A stretch of 64,000 nt of DNA. It comes from Candidatus Latescibacterota bacterium (GTDB taxonomy: Bacteria; Latescibacterota; UBA2968; UBA8231). Positions 10,130 to 19,074 of this stretch are shown piece by piece (within the stretch, counting starts at the first letter, position 1; each line of letters opens with the position of its first letter). The position numbers were made by a program, and so were the translations under genes. The DNA lies in the NCBI GenBank assembly GCA_965206595.1, contig OZ242214.1, positions 448,001-512,000 on the forward strand, read 5' to 3'. Below the pieces are notes generated by a model that did no database searches, was not told where the DNA came from, and saw nothing but the letters and a program-made list of their open reading frames with translations.

Positions 10130-11715
10130 GCGGGAACCACCTCGAAAATCACGACGTTCCTGCTCTCGCGGCTGAACTCCACGGCGATCAGGTGGATCGG
10201 CTCGCCGCGGGCACGGTACTTGTCGGCATAGCGCCGTTCCTTCAACTGCGCCATGGCGGCGCCCTCCGTCGTCAGCTCCAGGACCTTGAACTCGAACAGG
10301 TACACGTTGGCGTTGAACAGCACCGTCATGTCGAGGCGCCCGTGGCTGCTGCTGTCCTCGACGGTGACATCGAGGCCGAGGCCGGCGAAGCAGGAGTAGA
10401 AGACGCTGGCGTAGTACCCCTCGTACCCGGCGATGTCGTTGTTCGTATGCCACTGGTACGGTATCCCGGCAAGGAACGCCCGGAACAGGGTCTCCAGCCC
10501 GGCGAAGTCGTTGACCATCAGCAGGTCGTACAACCGGGCGCTGTGCTCCTCCCCGCGGCTCGAATCCCCGGCAAGATGGTTCAGGAGGCTCTCATTGAGG
10601 CTCTGCCGGACCTCCCGGTTCGGGTAGCCCAACCGGTAGAAGGTCCTTCCGCCACGAGGCTCGATAGCGTGAATGGTCAGGTACCCGGTCTGGAACAGCA
10701 GGGCTTCGGTCGCCATGTCCTCGACGTCGAACCTGGAGAGCAGCGCGTCGCTGCCGAGCATGCCGTCCAGCGAAACGGAGCTCACTCCGCGGTCCATCAA
10801 CGTCTCGACCAGGAACGCCGGCGTGTCGGTCTCGAACCACCAGGCGCCGAAGCGGCGCTTGTCGAACAGCAGCAGGATGTCGAAGGGGTTGTAGACCTTG
10901 TCGTCGCCGAGCCAGCTGTAGCCGTTGTACCAGTCGCGGACTTGCTCCCGGTCGAAGCCGGGCAACTCCGGGGCGAACACCGCGTCCAAGTCCGCTTCGG
11001 TGTATCCGCAGATGGCGGAATAGCGCGGGTCCAGGGTGATGTCGGAGAGGTTGTTGAGGCCGGAGAACAAGCTGACCTTGGAGAACTTGCTCACCCCGGT
11101 GATGAAGGTGAAGCGGATGTGGGCGTCGCAGTCCTTGACGACCGCGTAGAGGCCGCGCAGGAAGTCGCGGTTGGCGCGGGCGGTTTCCGGCTCCTCGAGG
11201 GCGTCGAGAATCGGCTTGTCGTACTCGTCGATGAGCACGGCGACCGGCTGGCCCGCCCGCTCGTGAAGGGTTTCCAGGAGAAAGGAAAAACGCCCGGGCG
11301 CCGTGGCGTACTCGGCAACGACCTCCGCACGGCGTTCGGCCGCCCCGAGTTGCTCCATGAGGTTTTTTTCCAGGTAGCCCGGCTCCTTGAAGTTGCCGCT
11401 GCCGAAGCTCAGGCGCACGACAGGATGGCGGACCGACCAGTCCCAACGGGGGTGGATATCCAGCCCCTCGAAGAGCGGCTCGTTCCCCTCGAACAGCTCC
11501 TTGCAGGTGTCGAGGAAAAGGCTCTTGCCGAAGCGCCGCGGCCGCGAAAGGAAGTAATGCCTGCCCCCCTCCACGAGCCGGTGCAGGTGGGCGGTCTTGT
11601 CGACGTAGTAACAGTTCTCTTCCCGGATCGTGCGGAAGGTCTGAATGCCGATCGGCAGCTTGCGCCGTGCCGATTGCTCCGCCGGAATACGCGCAGGGTG
11701 TTCCGTTCGCGCCAC
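10126..11715 (-). CDS. AAA-ATPase-like domain plus PD-(D/E)XK (PDDEXK_9-type) nuclease domain protein
   Basis: LPIGIQTF, YYVDKT, SRPRRFGKS, LIDEYDKP, GRLD...FEFK, A..Q...Y motifs. Confidence 0.9.
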   Translation of the reverse strand: MARTEHPARIPAEQSARRKLPIGIQTFRTIREENCYYVDKTAHLHRLVEGGRHYFLSRPRRFGKSLFLDTCKELFEGNEPLFEGLDIHPRWDWSVRHPVVRLSFGSGNFKEPGYLEKNLMEQLGAAERRAEVVAEYATAPGRFSFLLETLHERAGQPVAVLIDEYDKPILDALEEPETARANRDFLRGLYAVVKDCDAHIRFTFITGVSKFSKVSLFSGLNNLSDITLDPRYSAICGYTEADLDAVFAPELPGFDREQVRDWYNGYSWLGDDKVYNPFDILLLFDKRRFGAWWFETDTPAFLVETLMDRGVSSVSLDGMLGSDALLSRFDVEDMATEALLFQTGYLTIHAIEPRGGRTFYRLGYPNREVRQSLNESLLNHLAGDSSRGEEHSARLYDLLMVNDFAGLETLFRAFLAGIPYQWHTNNDIAGYEGYYASVFYSCFAGLGLDVTVEDSSSHGRLDMTVLFNANVYLFEFKVLELTTEGAAMAQLKERRYADKYRARGEPIHLIAVEFSRESRNVVIFEVVPA

Positions 11716-11879
11716 GAGCCTGATTCCTTTCGTATACCTTTCGTATACCTAATGTCTTTTACCGGGAAAGCGGCCTGACCAATGGTGAATGAGCTGCTAA
11801 TGTGCGGAACTCGACGCGGCGTAAACAAGTCGATTCGGGCGGAAAGCCGGGTATCCCGGCTGCGCCGCGGATTGCCAGG

Positions 11880-12485
11880 ATGAATACAGGTTCGCCGATG
11901 AGGCCGCTGGTCGTCGCCGCCATCGACCTTGCCGGTTCCCCCGCCAGACCGACCGGCATCTGCATCCTGACCGGGGACCGCGCCTGCACGCGGCACGCCT
12001 TCGGCGACGCCGAAATTCTGGAACTGATCGGCGCCGCGGACCCGGACCTCGTGCCCATCGACGCGCCGCTCAGCCTGCCGCCGGGCCGGCGTGAGATCGG
12101 CGATCGCAACGGGGAACACTTCCGGCCGTGCGACCGCGAGCTGCGGCGGCGGGGAATCCGCTTCTTCCCGATAACCCTGGGGCCGATGCGCATGCTGACC
12201 GAGCGCGGGCTCGGGCTGAAGTCCGAGATCGAGGCTGCCGGCCTGGTGCCGGTGGAGTGCTACCCCGGCGGCGCCATCGATACCTGGGGACTGCCCCGGC
12301 AACAGCACGACCGCGACGGGCTGCGCAGGGGCCTGGCGCGGCTGGGAGCCAGGGGGCTGCGCGCTTCGATGAGCGGACACGAGCTCGACGCGGTCGCCGC
12401 GGCACTGGTTGGACGGGAGTTTTTCAGGGGGGCCGCCGAGGTGATCGGCGGCGAGGACGGCATGCTGCTGCCGTTGGCGGAGTAG
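11880..12485 (+). CDS. DUF429 family predicted RNase H-fold nuclease
   Basis: AIDLAG, IDAPLSLP, RPCD, ECYP, ELDAVAAA motifs; start 11880 or 11898 uncertain. Confidence 0.75.
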   Translation: MNTGSPMRPLVVAAIDLAGSPARPTGICILTGDRACTRHAFGDAEILELIGAADPDLVPIDAPLSLPPGRREIGDRNGEHFRPCDRELRRRGIRFFPITLGPMRMLTERGLGLKSEIEAAGLVPVECYPGGAIDTWGLPRQQHDRDGLRRGLARLGARGLRASMSGHELDAVAAALVGREFFRGAAEVIGGEDGMLLPLAE

Positions 12486-12568
12486 TTGCCGCCGGCAGGT
12501 TGCCGAACCGCGAACGGCGCCATACCCTCACCGCCTCTCAAAACCCACAGACGACAGAAGGTGAAACG

Positions 12569-15500
12569 ATGGACCCGAAAGCTTTCGAAGCCCTGAAGTA
12601 CCGATGCATAGGCCCGCCGCGGGGAGGCCGCGTCGTCGCCGTGGCCGGCCATCCGACCGAGACCCCGGTCTTCTACTTCGGCGCCTGCGCCGGCGGGGTG
12701 TGGAAGACCGAGGATGCCGGCACCTACTGGCAGAACGTCTCCGACGGGTACTTCAACAGCGCCCCGGTCGGGGCCCTGGCGATCTCGGAATCCGACCCCA
12801 ACGTCCTCTACGCCGGCATGGGGGAGACGGCGACCCGCCTCGACATCTCCTGGGGGGACGGGGTGTACCGCAGCTCGGACGGAGGCCGCACCTGGAGCCA
12901 CGCGGGCCTCGAGGATACCCGCCACATCGGCAAGATCCGCGTCCATCCGGGCGATCCCGACCTCGTGTACGCCGCCGCCTTCGGCCACCTGTTCGGCCCC
13001 AACGACCAGCGCGGGGTGTACCGCTCGCGCAACGGCGGTGCAGATTGGGAGCGGATCCTGTTCGAGAGCGACAGGGCCGGGGCGGTCGACCTGTCAATGG
13101 ATCCGAACAACCCGCGCATCATCTACGCCTCGATCTGGGAGGCGTACCGCAACTTCTGGAACATGTCGAGCGGCGGCCCCGGCAGCGGCCTGCACAGGAC
13201 GAGGGACGGCGGCGACACCTGGGAGGACCTCGCGGACAGACCGGGACTTCCCAAGGGCATCAAGGGGAAGATCGGCGTCGCCGTTTCCCCGGCCCGCCCG
13301 CAAAGGGTGTGGGCCATCGTCGAGGCGGAGAAACCGGGGCTGTACCGGTCGGAGGACGGCGGCGAGAACTGGGACCTGGTGTCGGGCAACCGCGACCTCG
13401 TCCACCGCCCGTTCTACTACTGCCACGTCTTCGCCGACCCGCAGGACGCCGACACCCTCTACATCCTCAACCTCAAGATGTGGAAGTCGACGGACGGCGG
13501 GGCGAGCTTCAGCGAGGTCTCGACCCCGCACGGCGACAACCACGACCTGTGGATCGACCCCCGCAACCCGCGGCGGATGGCCCAGGGAAACGACGGCGGC
13601 GCCTGCGTCTCCCTCAACGGCGGCGAGTCCTGGTCGACGATCTACAACCAGCCGACCTCCCAGTTCTACCGCATCAGCGTCGACAGCCAGTTCCCCTACC
13701 GGGTCTGCGCCACGCAGCAGGACAACTCCAGCATCAGCGTGCCGAGCGCCACCGAGTTCGGCGGCATCTCCTGGCAGCACTGCTACCCGGTCGGCACCGG
13801 GGAGAGCGGCGACATCGCCGTCGACCCGAAGGACCACGGCATCGTCTACATCGGCGCCGTCGGCAGTTCGCCGGGGGGCAACGGGGCGCTGCAGCGCTAC
13901 GACCACCACACCCGGCAGATCCGCCTCGTCAACGTGTGGCCGGAAGAGTCGATCGGCAGCGACACCGCCGACCTCAAGTACCGCTTCAACTGGACCTTCC
14001 CGATCGCCTTCTCCAAGCACGAGGAGGACGTGCTCTACGCCGCGGGCAACATCCTCTTCCGCACCCGGGACGAGGGCTCGAGCTGGGAGGCGATCAGCCC
14101 GGACCTGACGCGCGGCGAGCCGGAGACCCTGCTGGCGGCGGGGGGGCCGCTCACCAAGGACGCCAGCGGCGCCGAGCAATACGGCACCATCTACGCCTTC
14201 GCGGAATCGCCGCTCGAGGCCGGGGTGTTGTGGGCCGGAAGCGACGACGGGCTCGTTCACGTCAGCCGCGACAACGGCGGCGAGTGGAAGGAGGTAACCC
14301 CACCTGAACTCGAGCCGAGGACGATGGTGGCCAACATCGAGGCCTCCCACCACGAGGCCGGCACCGCGTACGTGGCGGCGACGCGCTACAAGCTCGACGA
14401 CTTCGGAGCCTACCTGTACAAGACCGAGGATTACGGCGAGACTTGGCGCGCCCTGGCAGGAACCTTCCCGGAAGGGGAGATCAGCCGCGTTATCAGAGAG
14501 GACCCGAAGCAGGCAGGACTCCTCTACGCCGGCACCGAGACCGGGATCGTCTGGTCGCCCGACGACGGCGGCACCTGGCTCTCCCTGCGCAACAACCTGC
14601 CGGTGGTTCCGGTCTACGACATCGCCATCGTCCGCGACGACCTCGTCGCCGGCACGCACGGCCGCTCCTTCTGGATCCTCGACGACCTGACACCGCTGCG
14701 CGCCCTCGCCGCCGGGGCCGCGGCGGATGCCGACGCCCTGTACCAGCCGCGCCCGACCATCCGCCACACCCTGCACTGGTCCGCGGCGATGTTCCGCAGC
14801 GACAACGAGAGCGCCAAGAACTACATGATGGGGTTGGGAGCCAACGCCGGGTACTACGTGACCACGGACGCCAACGGCGAGGTCGGGCGGAAATGGCTCG
14901 ACGCCGGGGAGAACCCGCCGAAAGGGGCGATCATCTACTACTCGCTGGCTGCCGAACCCGAGGAGCCGCTCGAGCTGATCATCAGCGACTCAGGGGGAGA
15001 GGTGGTGCGCAGCTTCCTGAGCCGCGGCTCCGACGCCGATGACGGGGAAGGGGAGAAGGAAAAGGGGAAACTCCATGCTCCCGCGGAGGCCGCCCTGAAC
15101 CGCTTCGTCTGGGACCTGCGCTATCCGGGTGCGGAGAAGATCTCCGAAGAGAGCCCGGTCCGCGGTGATCCCAAGGGCCTGGTCGCCCCGCCGGGGAAGG
15201 GCCAGGGGCCGGTGGCGCCCCCGGGCAGGTACCAGGTGCAGCTCAAAGTGGGGGAGGCGACCTTCGAGCAGTCGTTCGAGGTCGTCAAGGACCCGCGCGT
15301 GTCGGCGACCCAGGCCGACTTCGAGGCGCAGTTCGAGCTCGGGACGGCGGTCCGCGACCGCGTCGAGCAGGGGAACCAGGCCGTCGACCGCATCCGCAGA
15401 ATCCAGCGGCAGTTGCTGGAATGGAAGGCAAGGGCGGAGGAGGGCGGGGCCGGGGAGATAGCCGCGAGCGCCGGTAAGCTGTGCGACGAGTTGACGGAGA

Positions 15501-15769
15501 TCGAAGCGCTGCTCGTGCAGATCGGTGACGAATCGCCGGCCGACATCCTGCGTCTGCCGCGCAAGCTGATCTCCAAGCTCGTCACCGTGGCCAGCGTCGT
15601 CGGCATCGCCGACGCGGCGCCGCCGCGGCAGGCGCGGGAGCTGTTCGCCGATCAGTCGGCGCAGCTCGATGAGATCCGGGGCCGCCTCGACCGCTTCGTG
15701 GAAACCGAGTTGGAGGGGTTCAACGAGCGGGTCCGGGAGTCGGGGATTCCCGCGGTGGTCGCTGACTGA
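12569..15769 (+). CDS. VPS10/BNR-repeat glycosyl hydrolase-like protein
   Basis: IGPPRGGRV start motif, many S.DGG.TW Asp-boxes, C-terminal helical domain; start MDPKAF at 12569 after GAAGG RBS. Confidence 0.9.
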   Translation: MDPKAFEALKYRCIGPPRGGRVVAVAGHPTETPVFYFGACAGGVWKTEDAGTYWQNVSDGYFNSAPVGALAISESDPNVLYAGMGETATRLDISWGDGVYRSSDGGRTWSHAGLEDTRHIGKIRVHPGDPDLVYAAAFGHLFGPNDQRGVYRSRNGGADWERILFESDRAGAVDLSMDPNNPRIIYASIWEAYRNFWNMSSGGPGSGLHRTRDGGDTWEDLADRPGLPKGIKGKIGVAVSPARPQRVWAIVEAEKPGLYRSEDGGENWDLVSGNRDLVHRPFYYCHVFADPQDADTLYILNLKMWKSTDGGASFSEVSTPHGDNHDLWIDPRNPRRMAQGNDGGACVSLNGGESWSTIYNQPTSQFYRISVDSQFPYRVCATQQDNSSISVPSATEFGGISWQHCYPVGTGESGDIAVDPKDHGIVYIGAVGSSPGGNGALQRYDHHTRQIRLVNVWPEESIGSDTADLKYRFNWTFPIAFSKHEEDVLYAAGNILFRTRDEGSSWEAISPDLTRGEPETLLAAGGPLTKDASGAEQYGTIYAFAESPLEAGVLWAGSDDGLVHVSRDNGGEWKEVTPPELEPRTMVANIEASHHEAGTAYVAATRYKLDDFGAYLYKTEDYGETWRALAGTFPEGEISRVIREDPKQAGLLYAGTETGIVWSPDDGGTWLSLRNNLPVVPVYDIAIVRDDLVAGTHGRSFWILDDLTPLRALAAGAAADADALYQPRPTIRHTLHWSAAMFRSDNESAKNYMMGLGANAGYYVTTDANGEVGRKWLDAGENPPKGAIIYYSLAAEPEEPLELIISDSGGEVVRSFLSRGSDADDGEGEKEKGKLHAPAEAALNRFVWDLRYPGAEKISEESPVRGDPKGLVAPPGKGQGPVAPPGRYQVQLKVGEATFEQSFEVVKDPRVSATQADFEAQFELGTAVRDRVEQGNQAVDRIRRIQRQLLEWKARAEEGGAGEIAASAGKLCDELTEIEALLVQIGDESPADILRLPRKLISKLVTVASVVGIADAAPPRQARELFADQSAQLDEIRGRLDRFVETELEGFNERVRESGIPAVVAD

Positions 15770-15882
15770 GGGGTCAGGTCGGGGTTTGACCAGCCCTATG
15801 GTTACGGTCACTTTCTTGATTAATCGTATTGTAAAAACTAAAGCGAAGGAATCCTTAACCCTTAACCAAGCGAGGGAATCAG

Positions 15883-16386
15883 ATGGCAAATAAGGCTTTC
15901 CATGTTCTTTACGCGGCCGTTTTTGTTTATGGAACGGCGTGGGGCGAGAACATAATCGAAGTGCGAAAGGACCCCGAAAAAGGGGCGATGTTCGGTCGCG
16001 TCGGTTCGATTTCAAACGGCAATCTGGACTGGGGTGTGGCCTCGAGAATCGCCAAGGCATCTTCACTGGATGTCGGGTACGACGGTGGGGGGATTGCAGT
16101 ATTGGTCTACACCGACGACGAGAAAAAGACTGATATATTTTGCCGGGTCGGCCGTGTAGATAAGGAATCACTGACCGTTACCTGGGGAGAGTCTGAGAAA
16201 ACTTCTTTCAGCGGCCGAAACCCGTCAGTGACTATCCGGGGCAATACAGTCGTATGTGTTCTCCGGGGCAGTTCAAAAGACGACCTGTATGTAGTCACGG
16301 GGCAAATCCTGGAAGAGCGAAAGCAAGTGGCCTGGGGAAGGCCAACAAGCCTTGGTACACAGGGCACAAAGATCTCAATAGATTGA
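15883..16386 (+). CDS. Small secreted protein with three beta-blade repeats
   Basis: Signal-like N-terminus; repeats FGRVG..LDWG / FCRVG..VTWG / YVVTG..VAWG; lower GC. Confidence 0.6.
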   Translation: MANKAFHVLYAAVFVYGTAWGENIIEVRKDPEKGAMFGRVGSISNGNLDWGVASRIAKASSLDVGYDGGGIAVLVYTDDEKKTDIFCRVGRVDKESLTVTWGESEKTSFSGRNPSVTIRGNTVVCVLRGSSKDDLYVVTGQILEERKQVAWGRPTSLGTQGTKISID

Positions 16387-16536
16387 TCCTGGTTTTTTTG
16401 TAATCGCCCGGTCACGACGCATCTCAGGGTGAGGGAATTGGGTCTATGTGAGCCCACTTCCCACGCCCCCCGGGATGTGGTCCTCGGCGCGTACACCGGC
16501 GCGGTCATCTGGAAGATGAGGGGCCGCCCGCAAGTA

Positions 16537-17421
16537 CTACGACCCGTCGTACTCCACCACCCCGAACTCCGCCTTGAACTCCGCCCAGAGGTCGGGGGGC
16601 ACCTCGGCATGGGCAGAGGCCCAGTTCTCTTCGACCTGCCTCACGCTCGCCGGACCGGTGAGGACGATGGCCTCGATCGGCGCCCGCAGGCATAACCGAA
16701 GGGCGAGGTCGCGGAGGTTGGCGCCCCGGTCGCGGCACCAGGACCACATGGCGTGCGCCTCCGGCGCCTCGGCGCGGTCCGGCTCCGGCCCGGCGAGCAC
16801 GCGCTTTAACGGGCTGGCGATGAGGACGCCGACCCCCTGCTTCTTCAGCGCCGGAAACAGCAGCGGCCCGGCTTCCTGGTCGAGGAGGGTGTAGTCCATG
16901 TGGGTGAGGTGGATCTCGGTGACCCCCGCCTCCATGGCGCGCAGGTGCTGGCGGATCCCGCGCACACCGAGCCCGACATGCCCGATCGCACCCTCCTCCT
17001 TCATGCGGTGGAGCACCTCGAAGGCGCGGCCGGGACCGAGGGCCGCCTCGATATCCTCCGGGTCGTGGACGAGCACCGAGTCGAGGTAGTCGGTCTTCAG
17101 CATCCGCAGGCTGTTCTCGACCGAGGAGCGGATGGCGGGACCGGAGTAGTCGTACCCGCCGATGCCGCGGTGGTACCCGGCCTTGGTCTGCAGAATCACC
17201 TTCTCGCGCCAGCCCCCCTCCAGGGCGAGGCCCACGCGGCGCTCGCTGTCGGCGTACATCGAGGAGGTGTCGTGGAAGTCGAACCCGACCTCGATCGCCC
17301 GCCGGATCGTCGCCGTCGACTCCCTGTCCGGCAGACCGGTGATCGCCGCCCAGCCGACCCCGACGGCCCGGGCCGTCAGCCCGGTTTTCCCGATCCTCCG
17401 CGTTTCGATCTCAGCCGTCAT
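16537..17421 (-). CDS. Aldo/keto reductase
   Basis: RRIGKTGL, DTSSMY, QTK, SLRMLKTDYLDSVLVHDP; start MTAEI at 17421 overlaps upstream stop region. Confidence 0.88.
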   Translation of the reverse strand: MTAEIETRRIGKTGLTARAVGVGWAAITGLPDRESTATIRRAIEVGFDFHDTSSMYADSERRVGLALEGGWREKVILQTKAGYHRGIGGYDYSGPAIRSSVENSLRMLKTDYLDSVLVHDPEDIEAALGPGRAFEVLHRMKEEGAIGHVGLGVRGIRQHLRAMEAGVTEIHLTHMDYTLLDQEAGPLLFPALKKQGVGVLIASPLKRVLAGPEPDRAEAPEAHAMWSWCRDRGANLRDLALRLCLRAPIEAIVLTGPASVRQVEENWASAHAEVPPDLWAEFKAEFGVVEYDGS

Positions 17422-17850
17422 TCGCCACGTAGGCCGCGTACAGGAACACGTCCCCCGGACGCTCCCCCTCCCAGTTGATCCGCACCCGCACGAGAGAGTC
17501 GATCCCCTCCAGGGTCCGCTTTTCCTTCCGGGCGACCGGCGTCCGCAGCCCGTCGACCACGGGAAGGCAATCGGCCCTGCCGAACCCGGGAAGCGGCTGC
17601 ATGCGCTCGTCCAGCAGCTCGACGGTGAGCCGGTTCTGCGGAGAAACCCCCTGGGCGTTGATATACACCGAAGGGGAAGCCCCCCTGAGATCGATGGGGC
17701 AGGAGATGCAGTGGGGTTCGGCGTACTCCGGCACCATGTCGCCGATGTGCTCCCGCCAGTAGAGCTGGTGGGTGTCCTCGCTCGGCAGCAGGTTCGGCCT
17801 GGGGTCGGGCACGACCTCGAAATAGCCGAGGCGGTCGCGCGGGAAGCGCG
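17403..17850 (-). repeat. Diverged direct-repeat copy of the 3' end of the 19075-20562 gene (partner 19067-19517)
   Basis: 448 vs 451 bp, high identity with a single 3-bp indel; encodes RFPRDRLGYFEV...AAYVANDG. Confidence 0.92.
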
Positions 17851-17907
17851 AAGCAAAGCCGCTCGGAATCGAGGACCCCCGCTGGTCGCGGGCGTCCCAC
17901 GGTCAGA

Positions 17908-18306
17908 TTAGTTGCGTTCCCATCGTTCAAGAGAAATCGCGTCAATTTCTTGAAAGTGATCGTCTCGTGCGACCAAAGTCAGCTGATGCTGTAGAGCCTG
18001 AGCTGCTATCCATATATCATTCTCCGGTATGGGACGACCCTTTGCCCGAAGCGCGTTCTTTATCCGACCATACTGTCGAGCCGTTTCCTGATTGCAGCCA
18101 ATGACCACCGTTGTGGAGGCGAATTCATTTATGCGCTGAATGTTTTCATTCACGCGAATGGATCGCTCAGCGCCATAATACAGTTCGCCAAGTACAATAC
18201 TGGACGAGAAAACTTCAACGGTTTAGCCCAGACGTTGCTGAATTATTCCTTCTTGAGCAAAGAGAGCGATGATGATATTGGTATCCAGTAGGTATCTACC
18301 ATTCAT
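17908..18306 (-). pseudogene. vapC: PIN-domain VapC toxin with premature stop
   Basis: MNGRYLLDTNIII..., in-frame TAA at codon 28 (18223-18225), then IVLGELYYG, PENDIWIAA, ARDDHF. Confidence 0.85.
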
Positions 18307-18526
18307 GGAGATCTACGCTTTCGCAGTCGGCTTGGATCGCTTCAGCCATCTTGTCCAAGTCTTCTCTATCTATTGTTCCTGCAAAGGGCAGCAGAGTCTT
18401 GCCAGGGACGCCTTTCATCTCGGATTTTGCTAACGAACGAACGAATTCCAGCACCTCCGCTTGTTGGCCATCTTCCAATTTATGGATCTCATCGAGAATT
18501 TCTTTTTCTACAGAAGGATCTTTCAT
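18296..18526 (-). CDS. Antitoxin (DUF2281-like) cognate to the VapC
   Basis: 76 aa, QAEVLEFVRSL motif, overlaps vapC start. Confidence 0.7.
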   Translation of the reverse strand: MKDPSVEKEILDEIHKLEDGQQAEVLEFVRSLAKSEMKGVPGKTLLPFAGTIDREDLDKMAEAIQADCESVDLHEW

Positions 18527-18586
18527 ATTCAGCTCCCCGCGTTCACGAATTTTACGTGTCTGAAAAGATACATGGCGAGTTTGCGT

Positions 18587-18978
18587 TCACAAAGTGCGCA
18601 CTGGTTGGCCCAAGGTATTGTAGATTCTCAGCCGCACCGGGCCGGGGGTGGCCAGGTGGTAGGCAATCTGAGTGCTGGCGTTGAAAGGGTTGGGGAAGTT
18701 GGGCGAAAGGCGGCTGGTAACTGGGTAGGCGGATTTCATCTCGGGAGACGCGACCACAGTCTCAATCTGTCGATATCCAGGGTAGTCAGGTCCTGGGTGA
18801 AGCCATGAGAGATCGTCACCTCTCTCGTACCGTCGTACTCCGGCGATCCCATGGTGAAGTTGCCCGGCTCGATCCACACCATCTCCAGCGGCACTCCCCC
18901 CGGCAACTCAATGGTGATTTCGTCGTCAGCTTGCGCCAGGGTTGCCGGCAAGAAAACGAGGGCGAGTAACCGTTTCAT
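18587..18978 (-). pseudogene. Internally deleted secreted gene: FGE/SUMF1-like N-terminus joined out of frame to a FlgD/T9SS-like C-terminal domain
   Basis: Signal peptide + LEMVWIEPGNFTMGS in one frame; NFPNPFNASTQIAY...IYNTLGQPVRTL in another. Confidence 0.65.
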
Positions 18979-19074
18979 CAGGGGCTTTCCGAAAGGGGCG
19001 AGGCGAATTTCATCAGAAAGATACAGGATGGCTATTGCGACAAGGATAGATACTGATGAATCCGCCTTTCGATC

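Noticed and set aside
11727-11751. Short tandem repeat CCTTTCGTATA x2
   Set aside because: Two units only; could be a slippage duplication or operator but unsupported
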